Shown: positions 32,095 to 42,758 of the stretch, in pieces
How positions within the stretch are numbered: the stretch's first letter is position 1
Layout of the letters: the number at the start of each line of letters is the position of its first letter
Made by a program: the position numbers and the translations under genes
Notes under the pieces: model-generated
The model's database searches: none
What the model was told of the DNA's origin: nothing
The model's input: the letters and a program-made list of their open reading frames with translations, nothing else
NCBI GenBank assembly: GCA_028279365.1
Contig: JANQNX010000011.1
Location: forward strand, 16,118 to 80,117
Source of the DNA: Gammaproteobacteria bacterium
GTDB taxonomy: Bacteria; Pseudomonadota; Gammaproteobacteria; Eutrophobiales; Eutrophobiaceae
DNA length: 64,000 bases
Direction of reading: 5' to 3'

Positions 32095-33555
32095 ATGAAA
32101 ATTGTTGAAGAAGCCTTAACATTCGATGATGTACTTCTGGTTCCAGATTACTCTGAGGTGCTGCCGCGCGAAGTGTCTTTGAAAACCCAGCTCACTCGCG
32201 AAATCGAGTTAAACCTTCCTTTACTCTCTGCCGCCATGGATACAGTAACCGAATCCGGTCTTGCTATTGCGTTGGCTCAGGAAGGTGGCATCGGCATTAT
32301 TCATAAGAATATGAGCCCCGAGCTGCAGGCAAAAAACGTGCGCCGCGTAAAGAAATACGAAAGCGGTGTGATTAAAGAACCCTTAACTGTCGGACCTTAC
32401 ACCAGTATTCAGGAAGTGATAGAGCTAACCACCGAAAAAAATATCTCCGGGGTACCGGTGGTAGAAGGAGAAGAATTAGTCGGTATTGTGACCAGTCGAG
32501 ATTTGCGGTTTGAGAAAAAACCTGATGATCCTGTACGTAATATTATGACGCGTAAGGAAAATCTGGTCACTGTCCGCGAGGATGCCAGCAAAGACGAAAT
32601 ACGTGATTTATTACACGAACATCGGATTGAAAAAATATTAGTGGTCAATGATAAGTTCCAGCTGGCCGGTCTGGTAACGGTAAAAGATATTCAAAAAGCA
32701 TCAGAATTTCCCAATGCCTGTATTGATTCTTCGGAACGTTTACGCGTTGGTGCCGCTGTCGGCGTGGGCGAGGCATCGATGGAGCGTGTTGAGCAACTTG
32801 TGGCAGCGGGTGTGGATGTGATTGTTGTTGATACGGCGCATGGCCATTCAAAAGGCGTGCTCGACATGGTTAAGTGGGCAAAAACCAAATTCAAGGATAC
32901 GCAAATTATTGGCGGTAACATTGCGACCGGCGAAGCCGCATTGGCATTAGTCGATGCCGGTGCTGATGCGGTTAAAGTCGGGATTGGCCCGGGTTCTATC
33001 TGTACAACACGCGTTGTCAGTGGAGTCGGCATGCCACAGATTTCTGCAGTCAAGAATGTTGCTGCTGCACTGAAAAATAAGAATGTTCCGTTAATTTCAG
33101 ACGGTGGTATTCGTTATTCGGGTGATATTGCGAAGGCTTTAGCAGCAGGTGCACACTGTACGATGATTGGTGGACTCTTTGCCGGTACAGAAGAAGCACC
33201 CGGCGAAGTAGAACTGTATCAGGGGCGTTCCTATAAATCCTATCGCGGTATGGGTTCGCTGGGCGCGATGTCGCAACAGCACGGTTCATCTGATCGCTAC
33301 TTTCAGGAAAATGATGAGATTGAAAAACTTGTACCAGAGGGAATTGAAGGGCGTGTGCCTTATAAAGGTCCGGTCGCGGCAATCATTCATCAATTGAACG
33401 GCGGTATAAGAGCTGCCATGGGTTATACCGGCTGCAGCAGTTTGAAAGAACTGCGTGAAAAAGCAAAATTTATCCGTTTAACGAGTGCGGGTTTTACTGA
33501 AAGTCACGTACACGATGTGACGATTACTAAAGAACCACCCAACTACCGAGTGTAG
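32095..33555 (+). CDS. guaB: IMP dehydrogenase
   Basis: 486 aa with a CBS pair and the catalytic loop [11 protein letters not shown]. Confidence 0.97.
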   Translation: MKIVEEALTFDDVLLVPDYSEVLPREVSLKTQLTREIELNLPLLSAAMDTVTESGLAIALAQEGGIGIIHKNMSPELQAKNVRRVKKYESGVIKEPLTVGPYTSIQEVIELTTEKNISGVPVVEGEELVGIVTSRDLRFEKKPDDPVRNIMTRKENLVTVREDASKDEIRDLLHEHRIEKILVVNDKFQLAGLVTVKDIQKASEFPNACIDSSERLRVGAAVGVGEASMERVEQLVAAGVDVIVVDTAHGHSKGVLDMVKWAKTKFKDTQIIGGNIATGEAALALVDAGADAVKVGIGPGSICTTRVVSGVGMPQISAVKNVAAALKNKNVPLISDGGIRYSGDIAKALAAGAHCTMIGGLFAGTEEAPGEVELYQGRSYKSYRGMGSLGAMSQQHGSSDRYFQENDEIEKLVPEGIEGRVPYKGPVAAIIHQLNGGIRAAMGYTGCSSLKELREKAKFIRLTSAGFTESHVHDVTITKEPPNYRV

Positions 33556-33615
33556 TTAAAGAGACTTTTCTTACTCAGAGTTTTCTCTGAACATTATTTA
33601 AGTAGCGAGAATTTA

Positions 33616-35193
33616 ATGACTGCTGATATTCATTCAGAACGCATTCTGATCCTAGATTTCGGATCACAATATACACAACTCATTGCCAGACGCGTACGCG
33701 AGGCAGGCGTCTATAGTGAAATTCATCCGTTTGATATGCCTGAGTCAGAAATCAGAAACTTCAATTCTAATGCTATCATTCTCTCCGGTGGACCAGAGTC
33801 GGTGACTGAAATGAACGATGTGCGAGCACCGGAATGTGTGTTTACGCTGGGCTTGCCGGTATTAGGCATTTGTTATGGTATGCAAACCATGGCGGAACAG
33901 CTTGGTGGTAAGGTCGCCACTTCCAATAAGCGCGAGTTTGGCTATGCGCGAATTCGTGCGCGTGGCCATTCGAATTTGTTAAAAGATATTCAGGATGAAA
34001 CCAATGATGAAGGGCATGGTTTACTTGATGTATGGATGAGTCATGGTGATCGGGTTGAAGCCTTACCAGAAGGATTCAAAGTTATTGCTTCGACAGACAA
34101 TGCGCCGATTGCCGGCATTGCCAATGAAGACAAGAAATTCTATGGCTTGCAATTTCATCCGGAAGTGACGCACACGAAACAAGGACAAACTATATTACAG
34201 CGTTTCCTGCATGACATAGTTGGCTGTGCTTCACTTTGGACGACAGCAAACATTGTTGAAGATGGCATTGCTCGGGTTAAAGAGCAAGTGGGTGAAGATA
34301 AAGTGTTGTTAGCGCTATCAGGAGGCGTAGATTCATCAGTAGTAGCAGCATTACTACATGAAGCCATCGGCGATCAGTTGGTATGTGTCTTTGTTGATAA
34401 TGGTTTACTTCGATTGCATGAAGGCGATCAAGTGATGGAAACCTTTGCTGAACACATGGGTATCAATGTGATTCGTGTCGATGCCGAGCAGCGTTTCCTT
34501 GATGCCTTAAAAGGTGTTGAGGATCCGGAAGCCAAACGGAAAATTATTGGTGGCGAATTTATCAAAATATTCGAAGAGCATGCACATGACTTCGAAGGAA
34601 TAAACTGGTTAGCGCAAGGCACTATCTATCCTGATGTGATTGAATCAGCCGGTGCAAAAACCGGTAAGGCACATGTGATTAAGTCACATCACAATGTGGG
34701 TGGCTTGCCTGATACGATGAAAATGGAATTAGTCGAGCCATTAAGAGAATTGTTCAAAGATGAAGTCAGACGCCTGGGTGTTGAATTAGGGTTACCAAAA
34801 GAGATGGTATACCGTCATCCTTTCCCTGGCCCGGGACTCGGTGTCCGAATTCTTGGTGAAGTGAAAAAGGAATATGCTGATCTATTACGTCTGGCAGATA
34901 ATATTTTTATTGAAGAGTTACGCAAAAAAGATCTCTATGATCAAACGAGTCAGGCCTTTGTTGTGTTCCTGCCTGTACGTTCAGTGGGTGTCATGGGTGA
35001 TGCACGAAAATATGACTATGTAGTATCGCTTCGCGCTGTCGTCACTGTTGACTTCATGACCGCGCATTGGGCAGAACTGCCTTACGATTTTCTTAGCCAT
35101 GTATCGAGCCGTATTATTAATGAAGTCGATGGTATCTCTCGTGTGACTTATGATATTTCAGGTAAGCCGCCGGCGACGATTGAGTGGGAATAA
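33616..35193 (+). CDS. guaA: GMP synthase (glutamine-hydrolysing)
   Basis: GATase motif GICYGMQ, PP-loop SGGVDSSV, and C-terminal ATIEWE. Confidence 0.97.
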   Translation: MTADIHSERILILDFGSQYTQLIARRVREAGVYSEIHPFDMPESEIRNFNSNAIILSGGPESVTEMNDVRAPECVFTLGLPVLGICYGMQTMAEQLGGKVATSNKREFGYARIRARGHSNLLKDIQDETNDEGHGLLDVWMSHGDRVEALPEGFKVIASTDNAPIAGIANEDKKFYGLQFHPEVTHTKQGQTILQRFLHDIVGCASLWTTANIVEDGIARVKEQVGEDKVLLALSGGVDSSVVAALLHEAIGDQLVCVFVDNGLLRLHEGDQVMETFAEHMGINVIRVDAEQRFLDALKGVEDPEAKRKIIGGEFIKIFEEHAHDFEGINWLAQGTIYPDVIESAGAKTGKAHVIKSHHNVGGLPDTMKMELVEPLRELFKDEVRRLGVELGLPKEMVYRHPFPGPGLGVRILGEVKKEYADLLRLADNIFIEELRKKDLYDQTSQAFVVFLPVRSVGVMGDARKYDYVVSLRAVVTVDFMTAHWAELPYDFLSHVSSRIINEVDGISRVTYDISGKPPATIEWE

Positions 35194-35379
35194 AGACGGA
35201 TAAAAAACTGTCTTTTTTCGCGATTAATATGCCGTTCCTTTTAAATTTTATACGGTAAGCTTCGCCAATAGCCGTACTCAAATCCTCATGTATTAAATAT
35301 ACACTCCGGTTTTACATGCGGTATTGTCTCGCTCTCACAAAAAAATACTATTTTTTTATTAAGCCTTTAAAATAGGCTA

Positions 35380-35838
35380 ATGGGAACCCATCTTGGATAC
35401 ATGCAACGTGCTTTCGAACTCGCACAACTGGCCAAACAACATGATGAAGTTCCGGTAGGCGCCGTTATTGTATATGAAGATAAAATAATTGGCGAAGGCT
35501 GGAACCAACCTATTAAGACTAGTGACCCCACAGCCCACGCCGAGATAATTGCGCTTAGACAAGCTGGCGTGAATCAAAATAATTATCGACTACTCGGGGC
35601 TGATTTATATGTCACGCTGGAACCATGCTGTATGTGCGCTGGTGCAATGATTCATGCAAGAATCAATAAAGTAATTTTTGCTGCAAGCGATCCTAAAACA
35701 GGAGCATGTGGCGGTAAGTTTAACTTGCTTAACTCAGACGAGCATAACCACCAAGTTCAAATCGAACAGGGTTTGATGGAACAAGAATGCAAAACACTGT
35801 TGCAAGATTTCTTTCGGGAAAAGCGGGCCAGATCATGA
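35380..35838 (+). CDS. tadA: tRNA-specific adenosine deaminase
   Basis: HAE and PCxxC (PCCMCAG) zinc-deaminase motifs. 152 aa. Confidence 0.9.
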   Translation: MGTHLGYMQRAFELAQLAKQHDEVPVGAVIVYEDKIIGEGWNQPIKTSDPTAHAEIIALRQAGVNQNNYRLLGADLYVTLEPCCMCAGAMIHARINKVIFAASDPKTGACGGKFNLLNSDEHNHQVQIEQGLMEQECKTLLQDFFREKRARS

Positions 35839-36329
35839 CGAATACGACAAGTGCGCAAGCCGAGCAACTAGCTGAATTATGTCTTAAAACATCAAAAAAA
35901 CTGGTGACTGCGGAATCCTGCACCGGCGGTGGAGTGGCTGAAATCTTGACGCGCATACCGGGAAGCTCTGGCTGGTTTGAGCGCGGCTTTGTGACTTACT
36001 CGAATGCGGCAAAACAGGAATTATTAGGTGTGCCACTCGAAACACTTCAACAATTTGGTGCCGTCAGCGAGGAAACAGCGGCGGCGATGGTCATCGGCGC
36101 GGTTAAAAACAGTCATGCACAAATTGGTGTATCGATCACTGGCATTGCGGGGCCGGATGGTGGCACACCAGACAAACCGGTGGGTACGGTTTGTTTTGGC
36201 TGGTGTTTTGCAGAAGATAATGTCAGAACGACTCGAATAGTTTTTGACGGCGACCGGCAATCAGTCAGAGAGCAATCCTGTTTATTAGCCTTGCAAGGTT
36301 TATTAGATGGGATAGAAACCTACCTGTAA
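35835..36329 (+). CDS. pncC: Nicotinamide-nucleotide amidohydrolase (CinA C-terminal domain)
   Basis: TAESCTGGGVAEILT and GIAGPDGG motifs. I place the start at ATG 35835, overlapping the tadA stop (ATGA). Confidence 0.85.
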   Translation: MTNTTSAQAEQLAELCLKTSKKLVTAESCTGGGVAEILTRIPGSSGWFERGFVTYSNAAKQELLGVPLETLQQFGAVSEETAAAMVIGAVKNSHAQIGVSITGIAGPDGGTPDKPVGTVCFGWCFAEDNVRTTRIVFDGDRQSVREQSCLLALQGLLDGIETYL

Positions 36330-36333
36330 TTTT

Positions 36334-37491
36334 ATGGAACAAGATCAACTCAAGGAAATTGCCGAGCTACTTGATCCTGTCGATCTAATAATCTGCCTGA
36401 TCAATTTTAATAGGCAAACTAAGCAATATTTGTTGCAAACAACATTTAACAAGAAACACGATACGTTTAATACATATAACCAAGCATTTAGCGTGGCAGA
36501 TGAATTAAAAATCGATGCACTTATTGTGATAGAACCCTTCGACTCAATACTGAGTGATACCAGTTTTTCATTTATTCATTCTTTAACGACTTTCTATAAA
36601 GACACATATTTGGTTACGGTTGTTAACCATCCAGAGCCTGGTCAGCAACAGCTGTTAAAAAACACTATCCAACTTACTATTGAAAATTATCTACTCAATA
36701 AAAAACTCGAAGCACAAGAAAAAAAATATCAGGCTTATCTCCAGGAGGTTAAAACAATAAAAGAAAAGTTGTTACCTTCTGCAGAACACACGATTGAAGG
36801 TCTGGACTATGCGACGTATTACAAACCGAATATTGGTGGTGGTGGGGATTACTTTGACATTATGGACCTGCGTGATGCCAGGCGCCGGGCAGGTTATGAA
36901 GATACACCATTAGTCTGGGGCGTCGGTTTAGTGGATGTGTCCGGGCATGGTCCTGGAGCAGCAGTAGAGGTGGCAATGGTTGATGCCATTTTACGTACCT
37001 TTCAAGGACAAATTGGCACAGTGGCATCAGATGTCATGGCATATCTGAACCAACATTTCTTTACCAGACAATCACGCGGTGGATATTGCACGGCATTTTT
37101 ATGTAACTACGATGCCGAAGCCGATCTTTTTTCCTACTCGTCGGCTGGGCATTTGCCGGTATTAATCAAGCATCATGAAGGCCATGTGACTGTGTTGGAA
37201 AGTGAAACGGGTATTCCGATCGGGATAGATCGTGATGCGACGTGGGTGACCGAGACCACCCAGCTTGAACAAGGCGATACGATAATTTTATATACCGATG
37301 GAATTACCGAAGCGGAATCAGTGTCTGGCGAACAGTTTGGATTTGAACGGTTAAAACAGGTATTGGAAGACAGTCCTGCAGGATCGGCAGAATTATTAAT
37401 GTCGCATTTTATGCATGATTATCATCAGCATATTGATAATTCAACCAAGCAGGATGACCAAACCTTAATTATGGTAACGATTTCAAGCTGA
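36334..37491 (+). CDS. PP2C/SpoIIE-family serine phosphatase with an uncharacterised ~150-aa N-terminal domain
   Basis: GGGGDYFDI, DVSGHGPGAA, LYTDGITEAE and DDQTLIMV match the SpoIIE/RsbU catalytic core. Confidence 0.8.
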   Translation: MEQDQLKEIAELLDPVDLIICLINFNRQTKQYLLQTTFNKKHDTFNTYNQAFSVADELKIDALIVIEPFDSILSDTSFSFIHSLTTFYKDTYLVTVVNHPEPGQQQLLKNTIQLTIENYLLNKKLEAQEKKYQAYLQEVKTIKEKLLPSAEHTIEGLDYATYYKPNIGGGGDYFDIMDLRDARRRAGYEDTPLVWGVGLVDVSGHGPGAAVEVAMVDAILRTFQGQIGTVASDVMAYLNQHFFTRQSRGGYCTAFLCNYDAEADLFSYSSAGHLPVLIKHHEGHVTVLESETGIPIGIDRDATWVTETTQLEQGDTIILYTDGITEAESVSGEQFGFERLKQVLEDSPAGSAELLMSHFMHDYHQHIDNSTKQDDQTLIMVTISS

Positions 37492-37510
37492 GCTAAGTGT
37501 CAGTGAAGAT

Positions 37511-38380
37511 TTAAGCAAACGCCCAACTGGCAAAGGGTTCGATCTCATCGCGGTTTAATACGATCAATTGAAACTGTTTTGGGTCTTGCGAATGGTCAAT
37601 GGACGTATCCACTGATAACTGACGCAACAAATAGCCAATCAATGCACGTCTTAATTTCACTTCAATGACATCATCGTTGGCATTGTAATCGATCAATAAA
37701 CTGGTTTGTTGTTTGTCATCCAGTTTTGGATGAGGTGATAGTTTCAAGGTGATCATTTCCGTCCAGTCCTCGTCATAACTCGCGCGTGATTCGGCATCGA
37801 TGCTCAGACAATTCGCTTCCTCAAAACGTGATAAGACAAAATCACGAAAATCAAACGTATCCTGATTGTAAGCACGGACATGCCAGCGAAATCCGGTATT
37901 CACTAATGAGTGTGGCTCAATCACACGCGATGAGTTTTGCTTATCGCTGAGGGAGCGGTAATTGACCTTGAGTTGTTTATGTCCATAAATTGCCCGTGTG
38001 ATTTGGCACAGCACTTCTTTAGTCGGCAAACGATTGGGTAATTGCAGATTCGTTGTCGGTATTTCAAAGACGGATTCATCAGGGTTCGGGCTACCTGAGA
38101 CGGTCTGATTTGCTTCCAGCAAGGGCAATACGGTGGCTGGGGACAAATCTGTAAATGCAGGACTAAATGCGTTAGTCGGCACGAAACCAAACACACTGTG
38201 CTTGTATTGCAGGTTTTCTGGCGCGATATCACTATAGAGTTTCAGGTCTTTCGTCGCCGCGGCATCCGAAATCGCAAAGGCCTTGGCGATATCGCTGCGC
38301 GTCACCACACCACAAAAGTAAGCCATCACTTCGATGAATTGCATTCGCTGGCGTGTTGCCCATTTCATTTCGTTCAACAT
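37511..38380 (-). CDS. WYL-domain transcriptional regulator (wHTH - WYL - C-terminal extension)
   Basis: N-terminal HTH-like RQRMQFIEVMAYFCGVVTRSDIAKAFAISDAAATKDLKLY. Central segment LKVNYRSL...RVIEPHSLVNTGFRWHVRAYN is typical of WYL domains. Divergent from recA. Confidence 0.7.
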   Translation of the reverse strand: MLNEMKWATRQRMQFIEVMAYFCGVVTRSDIAKAFAISDAAATKDLKLYSDIAPENLQYKHSVFGFVPTNAFSPAFTDLSPATVLPLLEANQTVSGSPNPDESVFEIPTTNLQLPNRLPTKEVLCQITRAIYGHKQLKVNYRSLSDKQNSSRVIEPHSLVNTGFRWHVRAYNQDTFDFRDFVLSRFEEANCLSIDAESRASYDEDWTEMITLKLSPHPKLDDKQQTSLLIDYNANDDVIEVKLRRALIGYLLRQLSVDTSIDHSQDPKQFQLIVLNRDEIEPFASWAFA

Positions 38381-38456
38381 GGGAAAATTATACAGGCTAG
38401 AGCAAACTCTAATAAAAACTATTAGATAGTAAAAAATACTAAGGTGATAAAAAATA

Positions 38457-38485
38457 TTGACATCTAAAAAAGTATTGCCTATAGT
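38457..38485 (+). promoter_or_regulatory. Near-consensus sigma70 promoter for recA (TTGACA-17 nt-TATAGT)
   Basis: TTGACA at 38457-38462, a 17-nt spacer, and TATAGT at 38480-38485, 78 nt upstream of the recA ATG. Confidence 0.5.
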
Positions 38486-38562
38486 TTCACCATCAGCGCA
38501 TTAAAACTGGCGCAGAAAAAGAGATTCAATGTTTACATTCAAGGGTTAAATGGAGAAGCAAG

Positions 38563-39624
38563 ATGGCAACAGCAAACGTAGAAGATGATAAAAAACGTGC
38601 ACTCAACATGGCGCTAAGCCAAATCGAAAAACAATTTGGTAAGGGTTCCGTCATGAAAATGGGCGACCAACCAGTAGCGAAAGTGCCAACGGTTAGTACT
38701 GGTTCATTAGGCCTGGATATTGCCCTCGGCGCAGGTGGATTACCCTATGGTCGAATTGTTGAAATCTACGGGCCTGAATCATCAGGTAAAACCACACTCA
38801 CTTTATCCGCTATTGCCGAAGCACAACGACAAGGCAAAACCTGTGCGTTTATCGATGCAGAACATGCTCTGGATCCGGTTTATGCAGAAAAACTCGGCGT
38901 GAATATTGATGACTTATTAGTTTCGCAACCGGATACTGGCGAACAAGCCTTGGAAATCTGCGATATGTTAGTTCGTAGTGGTGCGGTTGAACTGGTGGTG
39001 ATTGACTCCGTTGCCGCCTTAGTCCCGAAAGCGGAAATTGAAGGGGAGATGGGCGACTCACACATGGGGCTTGCTGCCAGATTGATGTCGCAAGCATTAA
39101 GAAAACTCACGGGTAATATCAAACGCGCGAATTGCTGTGTGATATTCATTAACCAGATTCGTATGAAGATTGGTGTGATGTTTGGTAGTCCGGAAACCAC
39201 GACTGGTGGTAACGCATTAAAATTCTATTCGTCGGTGCGTCTGGACATTCGCCGTATTGGCGCAATCAAAAAAGGCGATGAAGTTGTGGGTAATGAAACA
39301 CGAGTGAAAGTCGTTAAGAACAAGATTGCTCCTCCATTTAAGCAAGCGGAATTTGATATTCTTTATGGTGAAGGAATTTCTCGTCATGGTGAGATTATTG
39401 ATCTGGGTGTGAAAGAAGGGCTGATTGATAAGGCCGGGGCTTGGTATAGCTATGGAGACGAACGTATCGGTCAGGGTAAGGATAATGTACGAACCTATCT
39501 GAAAGAACATCCGGAAATGTCAGATGAGATCGAAGGGCTGATTCGTCAAAAACTCCTGCCGACCTTACCGGCTAATGAGGAAATGGAAGATGATATGAAT
39601 CAGGATGAAGAAGCGATCGCCTAA
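38563..39624 (+). CDS. recA: Recombinase A
   Basis: 353 aa with Walker [10 protein letters not shown] and an acidic C-terminal tail. Confidence 0.98.
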   Translation: MATANVEDDKKRALNMALSQIEKQFGKGSVMKMGDQPVAKVPTVSTGSLGLDIALGAGGLPYGRIVEIYGPESSGKTTLTLSAIAEAQRQGKTCAFIDAEHALDPVYAEKLGVNIDDLLVSQPDTGEQALEICDMLVRSGAVELVVIDSVAALVPKAEIEGEMGDSHMGLAARLMSQALRKLTGNIKRANCCVIFINQIRMKIGVMFGSPETTTGGNALKFYSSVRLDIRRIGAIKKGDEVVGNETRVKVVKNKIAPPFKQAEFDILYGEGISRHGEIIDLGVKEGLIDKAGAWYSYGDERIGQGKDNVRTYLKEHPEMSDEIEGLIRQKLLPTLPANEEMEDDMNQDEEAIA

Positions 39625-39642
39625 TCAACTTGAGGAAATAGC

Positions 39643-40083
39643 ATGAGTATCGAACGCCAGGAAGTCTTACAAAAGGCTTGTGACTTCCTGGCGCGGCGCG
39701 AACATAGCCGTAAAGAACTGGCGCATAAACTGAAACGCGCTTGTGATGATGAAAGCCTGATAGAAGAATTATTGGATAAGCTGGCCGATGAAGGCTTACA
39801 AAGTGACGAACGCTTTGCCGAAAGTTTTATTCATCATCGTTACAATAAAGGTCAGGGTCCGATGAAGATTCAGCAGGAATTGCAGCAGCGCGGAGTCTCA
39901 TCGGAACTTTTCGAAGGGTTCTTGTATTCTGAAAAATATGACTGGTATGAGATGGCAGAGCAGACCCGGTTAAAAAAATACGGTGAAGCCATTCCCAAGG
40001 ATTACCAAACTAAGGCAAAACAGTCTCGATTCCTATATAGTCGCGGTTTTAATGGTGAGATAATAAACGAACTGTTTAAATAG
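39643..40083 (+). CDS. recX: RecA regulator RecX
   Basis: 146-aa helical-repeat protein immediately downstream of recA. Confidence 0.9.
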   Translation: MSIERQEVLQKACDFLARREHSRKELAHKLKRACDDESLIEELLDKLADEGLQSDERFAESFIHHRYNKGQGPMKIQQELQQRGVSSELFEGFLYSEKYDWYEMAEQTRLKKYGEAIPKDYQTKAKQSRFLYSRGFNGEIINELFK

Positions 40084-40091
40084 CGGCTGTA

Positions 40092-42698
40092 ATGAAAACC
40101 AGTAACGAAATACGCCAGTCCTTTCTGGACTTTTTTGCATCGAAAGATCACACAGTTGTGTCGAGCAGCTCGTTAGTGCCAGCAAACGATCCAACCCTGT
40201 TATTCACCAATGCGGGCATGGTGCAATTTAAAGATGTCTTCCTTGGTAGAGAAAAACGCGATTATAAAAGAGCGACGAGTTCACAACGCTGTGTGCGTGC
40301 TGGCGGTAAACATAACGATCTGGAAAACGTCGGTTACACTGCTCGGCATCATACGTTTTTTGAAATGCTGGGCAATTTCAGTTTTGGCGATTACTTTAAA
40401 AAAGAAGCGATTGCCTTTGCCTGGGAATATCTCACCGAAGAATTAAAGATACCGGAATCACGCTTGTGGGTAACAGTATATGATGATGATGACGAAGCAG
40501 CGGATATCTGGTTGAAAGACATGGGCGTATCACCGGAACGTTTTAGTCGTTGTGGAAAGGCCGATAATTTTTGGTCGATGGGTGATACCGGACCTTGTGG
40601 CCCTTGTAGTGAAATTTTTTATGATCACGGCGAAGCCATACCCGGTGGCCCGCCCGGCAGTCCAGATGCAGATTTGGATCGCTATGTCGAAATCTGGAAT
40701 CTGGTGTTTACCCAGTATGATCGAGATTCAGATGGCACCCTAAAGCCGATCCCGCACCCGTCAGTTGATACCGGTATGGGCTTGGAACGTATCACTGCCG
40801 TTATGCAGGATGTGCATAACAACTACGAGATTGATTTATTCCAACAGTTAATTGATGCGATTAAGCAAACCTTAGGCGAACAAGATATTGAATTAACGTC
40901 TAGTCGTGTCGTTGCCGATCATATTCGTTCCTGTGCCTTTTTAATTACCGATGGTGTGGTGCCGACCAATGAAGGGCGTGGTTATGTGTTACGTCGAATT
41001 ATTCGGCGCGCAATTCGCCACGGAAACAAACTCGGATTTAAGGAACCGTTTTTCCACAAACTGGTTGACGCATTAGTTCAGGTCATGGGCGAAGCCTATC
41101 CGGAATTAACACAGGCAAAACAACATGTCGAAAAGGTTCTGTTAAGTGAAGAGCAACGATTTGCCGAGACCTTGGAGCAAGGCTTAAAAGTACTGGATGA
41201 CATTGTCACTAAACTCGATGGCAACAAGATTATCTCCGGCGAAGATGTATTTCGCTTATACGATACGTATGGCTTCCCGGTCGATTTAACTGCCGACATT
41301 GCCCGCGAAAGACAACTGCAAGTAGATCTGGATGGGTTTAATGAGGCCATGGCAGAGCAGCGCAAACGCGCCCGCGCCGCGAGTAAATTCGATGTCGGTA
41401 TCTCGGTGAATACCGATGATTTGGTGACCGATTTCACCGGTTATGATCGTCTGCATCAAAAGACCACCGTCATCGGTTTATTCCAGGATGGTCGTAATGT
41501 TCAGTCTTTACAACATGGTGACATCGGCGGTGTTATTTTGTTGGAGACACCTTTCTATGCCCAATCTGGTGGACAAGTAGGGGATAGAGGAGAGCTGTTC
41601 GAAGGCGATGTGTTCTTCGAAGTGGAAGACACCAAGCAACAGGGCCAATCGCATATTCACCTCGGAGTATTGCGAACTGGCACATTGAAAGTGGGTGATA
41701 TCGTCACAGCCAATGTGGATGAATCACGTCGTGCGGATATAAAACGTAATCACTCGGCAACACATTTACTGCATGCCGCGTTGAGAAAAATACTGGGCGA
41801 TCATGTCGTGCAAAAAGGATCATTGGTTGCTGATGATCGCTTACGTTTTGACTTTTCTCATAGCGACCCACTGACAAGAGAAGAATTGTTATCTATTGAA
41901 CAACTCATCAATGCTCAAATCCTGAGCAATGAAGAAACGCATGTACAAGTCATGTCGTTGGATAAAGCAAAAGAGTCCGGCGCAATGTCATTATTCGGTG
42001 AGAAGTATGAGGACACGGTTCGCGTATTAACCATCGGTGGCGATTTTTCTTGTGAGCTATGTGGCGGGACACATGTCGAGCGTGCTGGCGATATAGGGTT
42101 GTTTAAGATCATATCTGAAGCCGGTATCGCTGCCGGGGTGCGCCGTATTGAGGCGGTGACGGGGAGCGGTGCTTTGGCCTGGGCTGAAAATGCCGAGTTC
42201 AAACTTCAGCGAGTGTCTGAATTACTGAAAACCGATATTGATTCCATCGATATCAAGCTATCGGTTCAACTGGAGAAAAATCGCAAGCTGGAAAAAGAAC
42301 TGGAACAGTTAAAAGGGAAATTAGCCAGCAGTGCCGGTTCCGACATGGCCGAGCAAGCAGAAACTATCGAAGGCATTCATGTGATTGCGAAAAGTCTGGA
42401 TGGTGGCGATCCGAAAACGCTCCGGGATACCGTTGATCAATTGAAAAACAAACTGGGCACTGCTGCTATTATTCTGGCCACCGTTAATGACTCCAAAGTT
42501 AGCCTGGTTGCTGGTATTACTCAGGACAGCACCGACAAGATTAAAGCCGGTGATTTGGTTAACTTTGTCGCAACTCAGGTTGGTGGCAAAGGTGGGGGCA
42601 GACCCGATATGGCACAGGCCGGTGGTAATGACCCATCAGCATTGGAAGGTGCACTGAAACAGGTTCCCGATTGGATTAAAGCTCAACTTTCAGCCTGA
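40092..42698 (+). CDS. alaS: Alanine--tRNA ligase
   Basis: 868 aa with [17 protein letters not shown], the editing-domain HxxxH...CGGTH motif, and a C-terminal DHHA1 [12 protein letters not shown] motif. Confidence 0.98.
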   Translation: MKTSNEIRQSFLDFFASKDHTVVSSSSLVPANDPTLLFTNAGMVQFKDVFLGREKRDYKRATSSQRCVRAGGKHNDLENVGYTARHHTFFEMLGNFSFGDYFKKEAIAFAWEYLTEELKIPESRLWVTVYDDDDEAADIWLKDMGVSPERFSRCGKADNFWSMGDTGPCGPCSEIFYDHGEAIPGGPPGSPDADLDRYVEIWNLVFTQYDRDSDGTLKPIPHPSVDTGMGLERITAVMQDVHNNYEIDLFQQLIDAIKQTLGEQDIELTSSRVVADHIRSCAFLITDGVVPTNEGRGYVLRRIIRRAIRHGNKLGFKEPFFHKLVDALVQVMGEAYPELTQAKQHVEKVLLSEEQRFAETLEQGLKVLDDIVTKLDGNKIISGEDVFRLYDTYGFPVDLTADIARERQLQVDLDGFNEAMAEQRKRARAASKFDVGISVNTDDLVTDFTGYDRLHQKTTVIGLFQDGRNVQSLQHGDIGGVILLETPFYAQSGGQVGDRGELFEGDVFFEVEDTKQQGQSHIHLGVLRTGTLKVGDIVTANVDESRRADIKRNHSATHLLHAALRKILGDHVVQKGSLVADDRLRFDFSHSDPLTREELLSIEQLINAQILSNEETHVQVMSLDKAKESGAMSLFGEKYEDTVRVLTIGGDFSCELCGGTHVERAGDIGLFKIISEAGIAAGVRRIEAVTGSGALAWAENAEFKLQRVSELLKTDIDSIDIKLSVQLEKNRKLEKELEQLKGKLASSAGSDMAEQAETIEGIHVIAKSLDGGDPKTLRDTVDQLKNKLGTAAIILATVNDSKVSLVAGITQDSTDKIKAGDLVNFVATQVGGKGGGRPDMAQAGGNDPSALEGALKQVPDWIKAQLSA

Positions 42699-42758
42699 CA
42701 TCTATTTCCTATCACTCTCAGTTCAGCTAGAATCGCCGCTTTTTTAACAGGAAGCGAC

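Noticed and set aside
38524-38543. Palindrome AATGT-TT-ACATT, flanked by an ATTCAA direct repeat, in the recA leader as a possible SOS box.
   Set aside because: It does not fit CTGT-N8-ACAG (arms too close, wrong sequence). It lies downstream of the predicted -10, in the 5-prime UTR. I keep it only as a note under the WYL/recA finding.
42699-42758. Lysine riboswitch upstream of lysC.
   Set aside because: Only 60 nt separate alaS from lysC, which is far too short for an L-box. This is the Pseudomonas-type aspartokinase context.
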